The position numbers and the translations under genes were made by a program. Below, piece after piece: positions 26,798 to 34,468 of a stretch of 44,460 bases of DNA; positions within the stretch are counted from its first letter, which is position 1; the number at the start of each line of letters is the position of its first letter. A model generated the notes under the pieces. That model was not told the origin of the DNA. It did not search any database and saw only the letters and a list, made by a program, of their open reading frames with translations. This DNA comes from Syntrophomonadaceae bacterium. Lineage in GTDB: Bacteria; Bacillota; Syntrophomonadia; Syntrophomonadales; Syntrophomonadaceae. Location: NCBI GenBank assembly GCA_031270725.1, contig JAISWS010000132.1, forward strand, positions 1 through 44,460, given 5' to 3'.

Positions 26798-27791
26798 TGT
26801 CCTTCTCATTGCCAAACGTGAAATGCTCGTTAAAATGCGCAATCGTGCCTACATTTTCGGTACATTAGCCGTTGTTGCCGCTATTTTGATCCTCGCTTTT
26901 ATTAGTTCCCGTGCCGACATGGAAAACGCTTCCACCGCCATGATTACCGAATCTGTCAAAAAACAAATGGAACTCCAAGCTCAGGCAGAGGAAGAAGTAA
27001 TGGCTCTCCACGGTCTAAATGCCTCAGAAATCAACGCCCAAATCACCCTCCGCTTCCAAGAACTCTGGGAGATCTACGAAACCGAGAATCCAGACAGTGG
27101 CGTTCTCGTAGTCCGCTACTGGATTGGTTTCGGTGTAGGTGTCTTATTATTTATGTCAATCACCCTTACTGGTTCGATGATTGCCATCGGCGTTGCCGAA
27201 GAAAAATCCTCCCGCATCGTTGAGATACTCCTCTCCAGCATGACCAGCTTTCAATTGATGGTAGGCAAGATTATCGGAATGGCTGTCATCGGTCTGACCC
27301 AAATTGTGATTATCCTTGCCACAGGCTATTTTGCGGCTCGTGGTTTTGGGCTGATTGGAGATGTTTTCGCCGGTGTCAACCTCGGTTCCGCAATCTGGAT
27401 AGCGCTCGGTTTCTTCCTTGTCGGGTACCTGAGCTACGCAACCCTCTACGCTGCCTTTGCAGCCACCGTTTCACGCACTGAAGAAGTCAATGCGGCAATC
27501 GCTCCCGTTATGTATATCCTATTGATTCCTTATTTGGCTGTCGTTATCCCAGTATTTGGCAACATCGCCCCGCTCAGATTCGTGCTTGATTATGTCCCGC
27601 TTTTCTCGCCCATTGGTGCTACTGTCCACTACTTTCAAGGCGGACTTGATCTATTGCAAGCACTCCTTTCACTCGCCATCTCCCTTGCTGCCTTGCCCCT
27701 AATCATGCTGCTTGCTTCCCGTATTTACCGCCGCTCCATCCTCGCCACTGGAGCCCGCCAAAAAATCATCACTATCCTACGTGGAAATTAA
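26790..27791 (+). CDS. ABC-2 family permease (NatB/YhaP-like)
   Basis: ATG 26790 follows GGAGGG and overlaps the ATPase stop by 8 nt. The sequence is MRNVLLIAKREMLVKMRNRAY..., with one N-terminal TM, an extracytoplasmic loop of about 70 aa, and then 5 TM segments. The track ORF from 26586 is a read-through. Confidence 0.85.
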   Translation: MRNVLLIAKREMLVKMRNRAYIFGTLAVVAAILILAFISSRADMENASTAMITESVKKQMELQAQAEEEVMALHGLNASEINAQITLRFQELWEIYETENPDSGVLVVRYWIGFGVGVLLFMSITLTGSMIAIGVAEEKSSRIVEILLSSMTSFQLMVGKIIGMAVIGLTQIVIILATGYFAARGFGLIGDVFAGVNLGSAIWIALGFFLVGYLSYATLYAAFAATVSRTEEVNAAIAPVMYILLIPYLAVVIPVFGNIAPLRFVLDYVPLFSPIGATVHYFQGGLDLLQALLSLAISLAALPLIMLLASRIYRRSILATGARQKIITILRGN

Positions 27792-27991
27792 ACTCCGCTG
27801 CATTTTCGCAACCCTGGTCTTTGTTGCGCGGAGCCCTTATTCGGGCTGCAAAAACGTCGTAAACAGCTGGAACATTATGTGCAACTACCTAAGATTGGCA
27901 GTATTGACCATCTACGTCGATTTGAATTCCAAACGCAAATTTTGATTGACGATAAGGAGAGCCGGCCATTTCGGGAAAAGACAACAGAATC

Positions 27992-28032
27992 AAAGCCTTG
28001 AAAGTGCTTACGGCAAGCAATTTCAAGGCTTT
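27992..28032. repeat. perfect 12-bp inverted repeat (17-nt loop)
   Basis: AAAGCCTTGAAA (27992-28003) and TTTCAAGGCTTT (28021-28032). Confidence 0.7.
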
Positions 28033-28416
28033 TCTCATGCCGCGACAAAATTTTTTTGACGTTTGGACATACCCCCTTGACAACATCTCTTCGATGATTC
28101 GTTTTGCGTACAATTGAAACAGGGCGGTGCGGTTGCGTTGGAAGAAACCTATGAAACCATAAACACATCCACTTGGCTGGAAATCGGAGGGCGGCCTTTT
28201 TTTATAGGGATGCTGACAAACAGACCCCGGCAGTTATATGGCGAAAATATGGCCATATATGCGCATCTGTCTGGCTTTCATTGAATTTTGTTGAAGCGGT
28301 AGGATTATAAGGCTTTGAAAAATACCGGAAATGGCCGACGGTGTCTTAGACGCCGCGCCAAATAATTTGGTTGCGCTTTGAATGATAAGGTATAATGCGG
28401 TTAGGTAGTGTAGCCT

Positions 28417-28843
28417 GTGAGAATTTATTTTGATAATTGCTGTCTGAACCATCCGTATGATGATTTACGCGATGACGCCACGCGGTTAGAATGTGAGGCT
28501 GTACTTTAGCTTATTGACAAATGCGAAGCGGGAGACTGGGATTTTTTAAACAGCGACGTTTTGCTGGACGAGATACTCAATATGACCAACCCGGCCAAAA
28601 GAAAAAAAGTATTGTTACTGTATAACTCAGCTTCAGTCCATATCGACTTAACTGCGGCTATCGTCGTCAGAGCGAAAGAACTGGAACGTTTTTCAATAGT
28701 AAGCTCATAAATAAGCCCATATGACGCGCTCCATCTGGCCAAGGCGGAATCCAGGCGGCGCGGATGTTCTGCTGACAACTGACCGCAAGCTGATAAACGC
28801 GGCAACTTTACGCATCATGGTAAAGCATATTCAGAGCGCTTGA
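28417..28843 (+). pseudogene. decayed paralog of the PIN-domain gene at 24561-24995
   Basis: (V)RIYFDNCCLNHPYDDLRDDATRLECEAVL*LIDKC...ILNMTNPAKRKKVLLLY...ISPYDALHLAKAES, then after a frameshift GGADVLLTTDRKLINAA...*. It aligns along the whole intact PIN protein. It has in-frame stops at 28507 and about 28708, plus a frameshift near 28750. Confidence 0.7.
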
Positions 28844-29052
28844 AGAATTGGCACAATAAAACTGTCTATGAAACAAAAATCATAAACAGCCACACCATTT
28901 TTTCTTGCCATTAATCCAATATTTTCCAATTTAAAATAATCGTCCTATTCGGAAAAAGGTTCATATTCATTCTCATTCAGCTGCCCAATCTTCCGATTGA
29001 ATCGCGGTTACTTTCTTGTAATTCCGTTTTTCCTAACAACCGGAAACCATCC

Positions 29053-29691
29053 TCATATCTGTGCGGCCGCCAGTCTTTTCCCCATATCGTAAGCCGCTTG
29101 GCAGTCTTTGGGGAACTGTTCTAAACGGCGCTTCTTTACCATCTCCACATCAAACGCGGTAGCGGCGTACCTGGAGTAATCCTCAAACTGTTGCGTTTGA
29201 TAGGCCATAACGTATTCGGCTTCGCCGATGATACGCCTGGTCATGGCGATGAGGCCTGAGAAATAGTCCTTGTAGAATTCGCCGGGCGCGTTCATGGTAA
29301 ATACCCAGCCTACCTTGGGGCGTTTGGGATAAGTAGGTACGCGGTCCTTATTGTAGGTCATGCCGGGAAAGAAAAAGCGTTCCAGAAAGGAGCGAGTCTC
29401 TCCGGTTACGTCGCTGAAATAAATTGGTGAGCCGATGAGAATAACGTCAGCGTCGATTGCTTTTTTAAGAACCGGGGTCAGGTCGTCATTGACAGCGCAA
29501 CGGGCGAATTTGCTCTCATTTAACAGCTTACAGGAGTGGCACCCGATACACCCTCGGTAAGTCAGATCGTATAAGTAAACTATTTCTCCGGCAGCTCCAG
29601 AGATGCCCATAGCGCCTTCAAAGGCGTTTTTAAGCATGGTGGCGGTGTTTCGTGTTTTGTTCGCGGCGCCGCAGATAGCCAGAATGTTCAT
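29053..29691 (-). CDS. flavodoxin-like fold FMN reductase / iron-sulfur flavoprotein family protein
   Basis: MNILAICGAANK..NT, CIGCHSC, and DADVILIGSPIYFSDVTG are typical of NADPH-dependent FMN reductase / Isf-type proteins. Confidence 0.8.
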   Translation of the reverse strand: MNILAICGAANKTRNTATMLKNAFEGAMGISGAAGEIVYLYDLTYRGCIGCHSCKLLNESKFARCAVNDDLTPVLKKAIDADVILIGSPIYFSDVTGETRSFLERFFFPGMTYNKDRVPTYPKRPKVGWVFTMNAPGEFYKDYFSGLIAMTRRIIGEAEYVMAYQTQQFEDYSRYAATAFDVEMVKKRRLEQFPKDCQAAYDMGKRLAAAQI

Positions 29692-29953
29692 TTCCTCACT
29701 CCTTGCCGGTATTTATAATATTTTAATCTTGAAGAGCAGCAAACGTCAAGGATTGCAGTTATGAAGCGGCAACTCGCAATTGGTTGCCGGGCAGTATCTT
29801 GTCCGTAAAGGGATAGCGGCGTCTATAGTGTCGTGCTGTCTATCGGCGTATTCCTCCGTTGGTTTCTGATGGGATAGCCATTCCGCTTTCAGGTGAAATG
29901 CCGCTGTTAGCGCAAGATTTTTGGATCGGAACGCGTACCTTTTGGACATTAAC

Positions 29954-30007
29954 TTGACAAAAGGAATATTATTTGTATAATTTTATTTAGTAGATAACTA
30001 AATTAGT
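29954..30007 (+). promoter_or_regulatory. consensus sigma-A promoter plus a TTAGT/ACTAA half-site array in the 5' UTR
   Basis: TTGACA (29954-29959), a 16-nt spacer, then TATAAT (29976-29981). This is followed by TTTAGT-N5-ACTAAA (29986-30002) and ACTAA-A-TTAGT (29997-30007). Confidence 0.6.
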
Positions 30008-30027
30008 ACACAAAAAGGAGGGTCTTG

Positions 30028-30513
30028 GTGAAAATTCCCAGTGAGTTAAAGCATAAGCCGGTGATAGTAGTTGAGGATTATGAGAATATAGACGGACGTT
30101 ATGCCTATAAATCCGATGCGCAAGGTTTGTCTTTGGGGCTGGCGCAATGGAATGACCGCGGTAAAGTGGATATTTCAGCTAAAGTGTGGCGCCATACCGG
30201 TGAAAAATGGTCGCGTCAGTCAGAAGAATTGCCTTTGCACCGGGTGCTGGATTTAGCGATTTTGATATGTAGAGCCAGGCAATATATAGGGGAAGCGTAC
30301 CGCACGGAAAAACTATATGATCCGGAAAAGCCGGAAATAGGCCGCATAGGCCTGCAAGGCGACGCTATGACGGTTTCCGTTTGTTTGGATAATCCCAAAC
30401 TGGATGAGGATATTCAGCTTCTGAGGCAGGGGTTCAGTGAGGCGGATGAATTACTGGGCGAACGGTTTAGAATTCTGGAACGGTTGCTGAATGAAATGGG
30501 CTATGGCCATTGA
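30028..30513 (+). CDS. conserved hypothetical protein (about 161 aa, unknown function)
   Basis: GTG 30028 lies 6 nt after GGAGG; the track start TTG 30025 is only 3 nt after it. The sequence SLGLAQWNDRGKVDISAKVWRHTGEKWSRQSEELPLHRVLDLAILI looks like a conserved Firmicute DUF that I cannot name reliably. Confidence 0.75.
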   Translation: MKIPSELKHKPVIVVEDYENIDGRYAYKSDAQGLSLGLAQWNDRGKVDISAKVWRHTGEKWSRQSEELPLHRVLDLAILICRARQYIGEAYRTEKLYDPEKPEIGRIGLQGDAMTVSVCLDNPKLDEDIQLLRQGFSEADELLGERFRILERLLNEMGYGH

Positions 30514-30529
30514 CTAAGGAGTGTCAGCG

Positions 30530-30880
30530 ATGAATAAAGAAAACCGCAAAGAGTTAATCAATAAATATAAACAGGAACAGCAGGAAACCGGCGTTTACCG
30601 CATTGTCAACCAGATCAGCGGGCGCTATCTTTTAGGGATCAGCCGGGATCTGAAAGGAGCGAGAAACCGTTTTGGGTTTGCTCAAAAATTTGGCGCCTGC
30701 AATGCCTTGCCTGGAAAATTATGGGAAGAAATAAAGACTTATGGGTTAGCCAATTTTGATTTTGAAATTCTGGAAACCGTAATTATAAAACCTGAAATGA
30801 CGAACAGAGAGATTGAAGAGGAATTAGCGCTGATACAGGAGATTTGGAATGAACGCTTTGAGTCTGAAAAAGCGTACTGA
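30530..30880 (+). CDS. small GIY-YIG-like nuclease-superfamily protein (116 aa)
   Basis: ATG 30530 lies 8 nt after AAGGAG. The motifs are GVYRIVN...GRYLLGIS....ARNRF and FDFEILE, which correspond to the GIY, YIG-like, Arg and Glu positions. Confidence 0.7.
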   Translation: MNKENRKELINKYKQEQQETGVYRIVNQISGRYLLGISRDLKGARNRFGFAQKFGACNALPGKLWEEIKTYGLANFDFEILETVIIKPEMTNREIEEELALIQEIWNERFESEKAY

Positions 30881-30923
30881 TTTGATATAAAAACGAAAAA
30901 CAATAGGTTGTTATATCTATATT

Positions 30924-30963
30924 GCTAAAATCCGGCGCAGTTTAGGCTATGCCGGATTTTAGC
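30924..30963 (+). terminator. 13-bp perfect hairpin (terminator-like) after the two-gene operon
   Basis: GCTAAAATCCGGC (30924-30936) and GCCGGATTTTAGC (30951-30963). The GC core CCGGC/GCCGG is followed by ATTTT. Confidence 0.55.
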
Positions 30964-31006
30964 AGTAGTATGGAAAAATTTTTATCATAATAAGGCGTAA
31001 AAGCTA

Positions 31007-31035
31007 TTGCAAATTTATACAAAAATATGTATAAT
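31007..31035 (+). promoter_or_regulatory. sigma-A-type promoter of the arg operon
   Basis: TTGCAA (31007-31012), a 17-nt spacer, then TATAAT (31030-31035). An ARG-box-like sequence, TATGTATAATAATAAACA (31026-31043), overlaps the -10 element. Confidence 0.55.
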
Positions 31036-31246
31036 AATAAACAAAGCTATGATAATATAAAAAATAGCGGTTATTATGGCGTTTATCATATTCGGCGGAA
31101 GAATACCGTCTCCGTAGGCGGTGAGGTAAAGGCTGGTTTTATGGAGGCTTCAGCGAAAAAGTCGGCTGAATGTAAAAAAATCTCCGGCGAACGTATCCGG
31201 TGCGCTCAGGGGCGTATAGGAAAAAAGCCTTGAAGGAGGAAAATTT

Positions 31247-32281
31247 ATGTATAAATTAGCTATTATAGGAGACGGTTATACGGCGGCGGAATTATTGCGG
31301 CTGCTGACTTACCACAAACAATTACGGGCGGTAAAGGTTCTGTCCGTGGATTTTATCGGGAAAAGAATGGATCAGATTTATCCGCAGCTGCTGGGCTTTT
31401 CTGATTTAATATGTGAGCCCAGCAGGATAGATGATATCAAAGGCGCTTGTGACGCGGCTTTTTTAGCTTTACCGCACGGTTTTTCGGTACCGATAGTGAA
31501 GCAGCTTCTGGAGTGGAATATTAAATGCGTGGACTTGGGGGCTGATTTCCGTCTGGAAGACACTAAGATTTACGAGGAATATTATCAGCTGGAGCATGAA
31601 GAGCCGGAACTGCTGAAAAAGGCCGTATACGGGATACCTGAATTATACCGTGAGCAAATTAAGCGGACAGACCTTGTCGCTAACCCCGGCTGTTATCCAA
31701 CCAGCGCCATAATACCTTTGGCGCCGTTACTGGAAAGCGGTTTAATAGAGGATAATATAATTATAGATTCTAAAAGCGGAGTTACCGGAGCGGGACGGGA
31801 ACTGAGGCCCAGCAGCCATTTCTGTGAAGTGAACGAGGGAATTAGTCCGTACGGAACGGGCGTCCATCGTCACGGACCTGAAATAGCGCAGGAATTAAGC
31901 CGCGCCGCCGGAAAGAAGCTGGATGTAACTTTTACCCCTCATTTACTGCCGATTAACAGAGGGATACTGAGTACTATATACGCCCGCTTAAAACCTGGTG
32001 TAACGGAAAAAACGGCGCGAACATGCCTGGAAGATAAATACGGCGCGGAGCCGTTCGTAAATATTCTGGCAAAAGGTATGATGCCTAACACCAAATGGGT
32101 GTATGGTAGTAATATGGTTGATATCGGCGTTTACGCGGATGAAGACAGCGGAAGGCTGATCCTCGGGTCAGTTCTTGATAATTTAACTAAAGGAGCGTCC
32201 GGTCAGGCTATTCAAAACATGAATTTGCTTTTAGGGCTGGAAGAAACGGCGGGGTTAAAAATACCCGGACTTCATCCTTAA
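31247..32281 (+). CDS. argC: N-acetyl-gamma-glutamyl-phosphate reductase
   Basis: 344 aa. The active-site motif is LVANPGCYPTS. Confidence 0.95.
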   Translation: MYKLAIIGDGYTAAELLRLLTYHKQLRAVKVLSVDFIGKRMDQIYPQLLGFSDLICEPSRIDDIKGACDAAFLALPHGFSVPIVKQLLEWNIKCVDLGADFRLEDTKIYEEYYQLEHEEPELLKKAVYGIPELYREQIKRTDLVANPGCYPTSAIIPLAPLLESGLIEDNIIIDSKSGVTGAGRELRPSSHFCEVNEGISPYGTGVHRHGPEIAQELSRAAGKKLDVTFTPHLLPINRGILSTIYARLKPGVTEKTARTCLEDKYGAEPFVNILAKGMMPNTKWVYGSNMVDIGVYADEDSGRLILGSVLDNLTKGASGQAIQNMNLLLGLEETAGLKIPGLHP

Positions 32282-32309
32282 TCATAAAAATAATACGGAG
32301 GCATGAATA

Positions 32310-33515
32310 ATGAAATTATTGGACGGTTCAATTACCGCTCCCAAAGGGTTTTTAGCCCAGGGAGTGAACGCGGAAATAAAAAGTAAAAATAAAAAAGACG
32401 TGGGCGTTATTTATTCGGCTTGCCCGGCGACAGCCGCGGGGGTATTTACTCAAAACAAAGTACGCGCCGCGTGTGTTGATATCAGCCGGGAACATTTGCG
32501 CAATAATCAGGCGCAGGCTATAGTGGTGAACAGCGGTAACGCGAACGCGTGCACCGGATCCCGAGGCTGGAATGACGCGTTAAAAATGGCGGCCGTAACG
32601 GCGGAAGCCTTAAATATTAAGGAAAATGATGTTCTGATAGCGTCTACCGGAGTAATCGGAGGTTTTTTACCTATGGAGCGGATAGAAAGCGGTATCAAAG
32701 CGGCGGCGGAAGGGCTTAGCATCACAGGAGCGGCTAATTTAGCCGCTGCTATTATGACCACCGATTTACAGAGTAAAGAAATTGCCGTAGAATTTGACAT
32801 CCAAGGCCATTCTGTACGAATAGGGGCGACAGCTAAGGGTTCAGGGATGATACATCCTAATATGGCGACGATGTTAGGATTTATAACGACGGACGCGTTC
32901 ATAAGCGCTTCTTGCTTGCAAGCGGCTTTAAAAGCCTCGGTGGACGTTTCATATAATATGGTGAGCATTGACCGGGATACTTCGACTAATGACGCGGTTA
33001 TGATACTGGCGAACGGGAAAGCGGGCAACCCGGTCATAGATGACGTTAATTCCGATGGTATGAAAAAATTTCAGGAAGCTCTGGATTACGTAAACGTAGC
33101 TTTGTCCAGAATGATTGCCCGGGATGGGGAAGGAGCCACTCATTTACTGGAAGTTAAAGTGGAAAACGCCGCTGATATTCAAACGGCCGGAATGATAGCC
33201 AGAACCGTAGCCAGTTCCAATTTGGTAAAAACCGCTATATTCGGGAATGACGCCAATTGGGGAAGGGTTTTATGCGCTGCCGGATATTCCGGAGCCGATT
33301 TTTTGCCTGATAACGTTGACGTTTTTATGGGTGAGGTCCAAGTAGCTAAGGATGGGTGCAGCTTTGATTTCTCTGAAGAAGAAGTAAAACCTTTTTTGGA
33401 AGCCGAAACGGTTTTAATTACCATTGATCTTAAATCAGGAAATAAAAGCGCCATAGCATGGGGCTGTGACCTGACTTATGACTATATAAAAATAAACGCG
33501 GATTACCGTACTTAG
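32310..33515 (+). CDS. argJ: bifunctional ornithine acetyltransferase / N-acetylglutamate synthase
   Basis: The autoprocessing site is HPNMATMLGFITTDA. Length is 401 aa. Confidence 0.95.
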   Translation: MKLLDGSITAPKGFLAQGVNAEIKSKNKKDVGVIYSACPATAAGVFTQNKVRAACVDISREHLRNNQAQAIVVNSGNANACTGSRGWNDALKMAAVTAEALNIKENDVLIASTGVIGGFLPMERIESGIKAAAEGLSITGAANLAAAIMTTDLQSKEIAVEFDIQGHSVRIGATAKGSGMIHPNMATMLGFITTDAFISASCLQAALKASVDVSYNMVSIDRDTSTNDAVMILANGKAGNPVIDDVNSDGMKKFQEALDYVNVALSRMIARDGEGATHLLEVKVENAADIQTAGMIARTVASSNLVKTAIFGNDANWGRVLCAAGYSGADFLPDNVDVFMGEVQVAKDGCSFDFSEEEVKPFLEAETVLITIDLKSGNKSAIAWGCDLTYDYIKINADYRT

Positions 33516-33590
33516 GGACTATATCTCTGACTGAAAACAGGTTAGGGCGGCGGTATGAAAATGAGGTTTTATCGAAGAGGAGCTGAAAAA

Positions 33591-34457
33591 ATGCAACATG
33601 GCGCGGCTATGAAAAAAGCTGAAATATTAGTTGAGGCGCTGCCTTATATAAAAGAGTTTCACGGAAAAATAGTAGTGGTCAAATACGGCGGGGCGGCTAT
33701 GGCGGATTGCGAGCTCAAAGCCAAGGTTATGCAGGATATTGTACTGATGAAATTGGTGGGCATGCATCCGATAGTTGTTCATGGAGGAGGCCCTGAAATC
33801 AATGAAATGCTGGAACGGTTGAACATTAAGACCGCCTTTGTTGACGGGCTAAGGGTTACCGATGAAAAAACTATGGAAGTTGTGGAAATGGTTTTAGGCG
33901 GAAAAGTTAATAAAGAAATTGTGGCGGGACTTAACGCCAGCGGAGGCAAAGCGGTAGGAATATCAGGTAAGGACGACAATCTTATAATGGGGAAATATGA
34001 CGACCCGCAAAAAAAAATGGGCTTTGTCGGGCAAGTGGAAAGCATAAACCCTGAAATCATAACGACTTTAATAGAAAATTCCTATATTCCAGTTATTGCT
34101 CCGATTGGGACTGATAAATCGCAGCAAAGTTTTAACATTAACGCTGATTTAGCCGCTTCAGCTATAGCTGTGGCTCTTAAAGCGGATAAATTAGTTTTAC
34201 TTACGGATACTCCGGGACTTTTAAAAAATCCCCAGGATCCTGAAAGTCTTATTTCCATATTAAAATTGAGTGAAATAGAGGAACTTAAGCGGAAAGGAGT
34301 TATTGCGGGAGGGATGCTGCCCAAAATACAGTGCTGCTATGAGTCGGTCCAAGGCGGAGTAGGCAGTACCCACATTATTGACGGCCGTCTTCCGCATGCG
34401 ATTCTTTTAGAGATATTTACCAAATCCGGAGTAGGAACTATGGTTATAAACGAATAG
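33591..34457 (+). CDS. argB: acetylglutamate kinase
   Basis: ATG 33591 lies 8 nt after GAGGAG; the track ORF starts 12 codons earlier. Motifs present are VVKYGGAAM and HGGGPEI. Confidence 0.93.
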   Translation: MQHGAAMKKAEILVEALPYIKEFHGKIVVVKYGGAAMADCELKAKVMQDIVLMKLVGMHPIVVHGGGPEINEMLERLNIKTAFVDGLRVTDEKTMEVVEMVLGGKVNKEIVAGLNASGGKAVGISGKDDNLIMGKYDDPQKKMGFVGQVESINPEIITTLIENSYIPVIAPIGTDKSQQSFNINADLAASAIAVALKADKLVLLTDTPGLLKNPQDPESLISILKLSEIEELKRKGVIAGGMLPKIQCCYESVQGGVGSTHIIDGRLPHAILLEIFTKSGVGTMVINE

Positions 34458-34468
34458 GAGGGGTTAAA

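Noticed and set aside
29746-29949. 67-aa minus-strand ORF between the flavoprotein gene and the divergent promoter
   Set aside because: It has no RBS, and its start lies inside the plus-strand promoter region. I looked for a resemblance to HxlR or MerR-type regulators and found none that was convincing.
31027-31233. 68-aa ORF in the arg leader
   Set aside because: It starts inside the -10 box and has no RBS. It is more likely untranslated leader.
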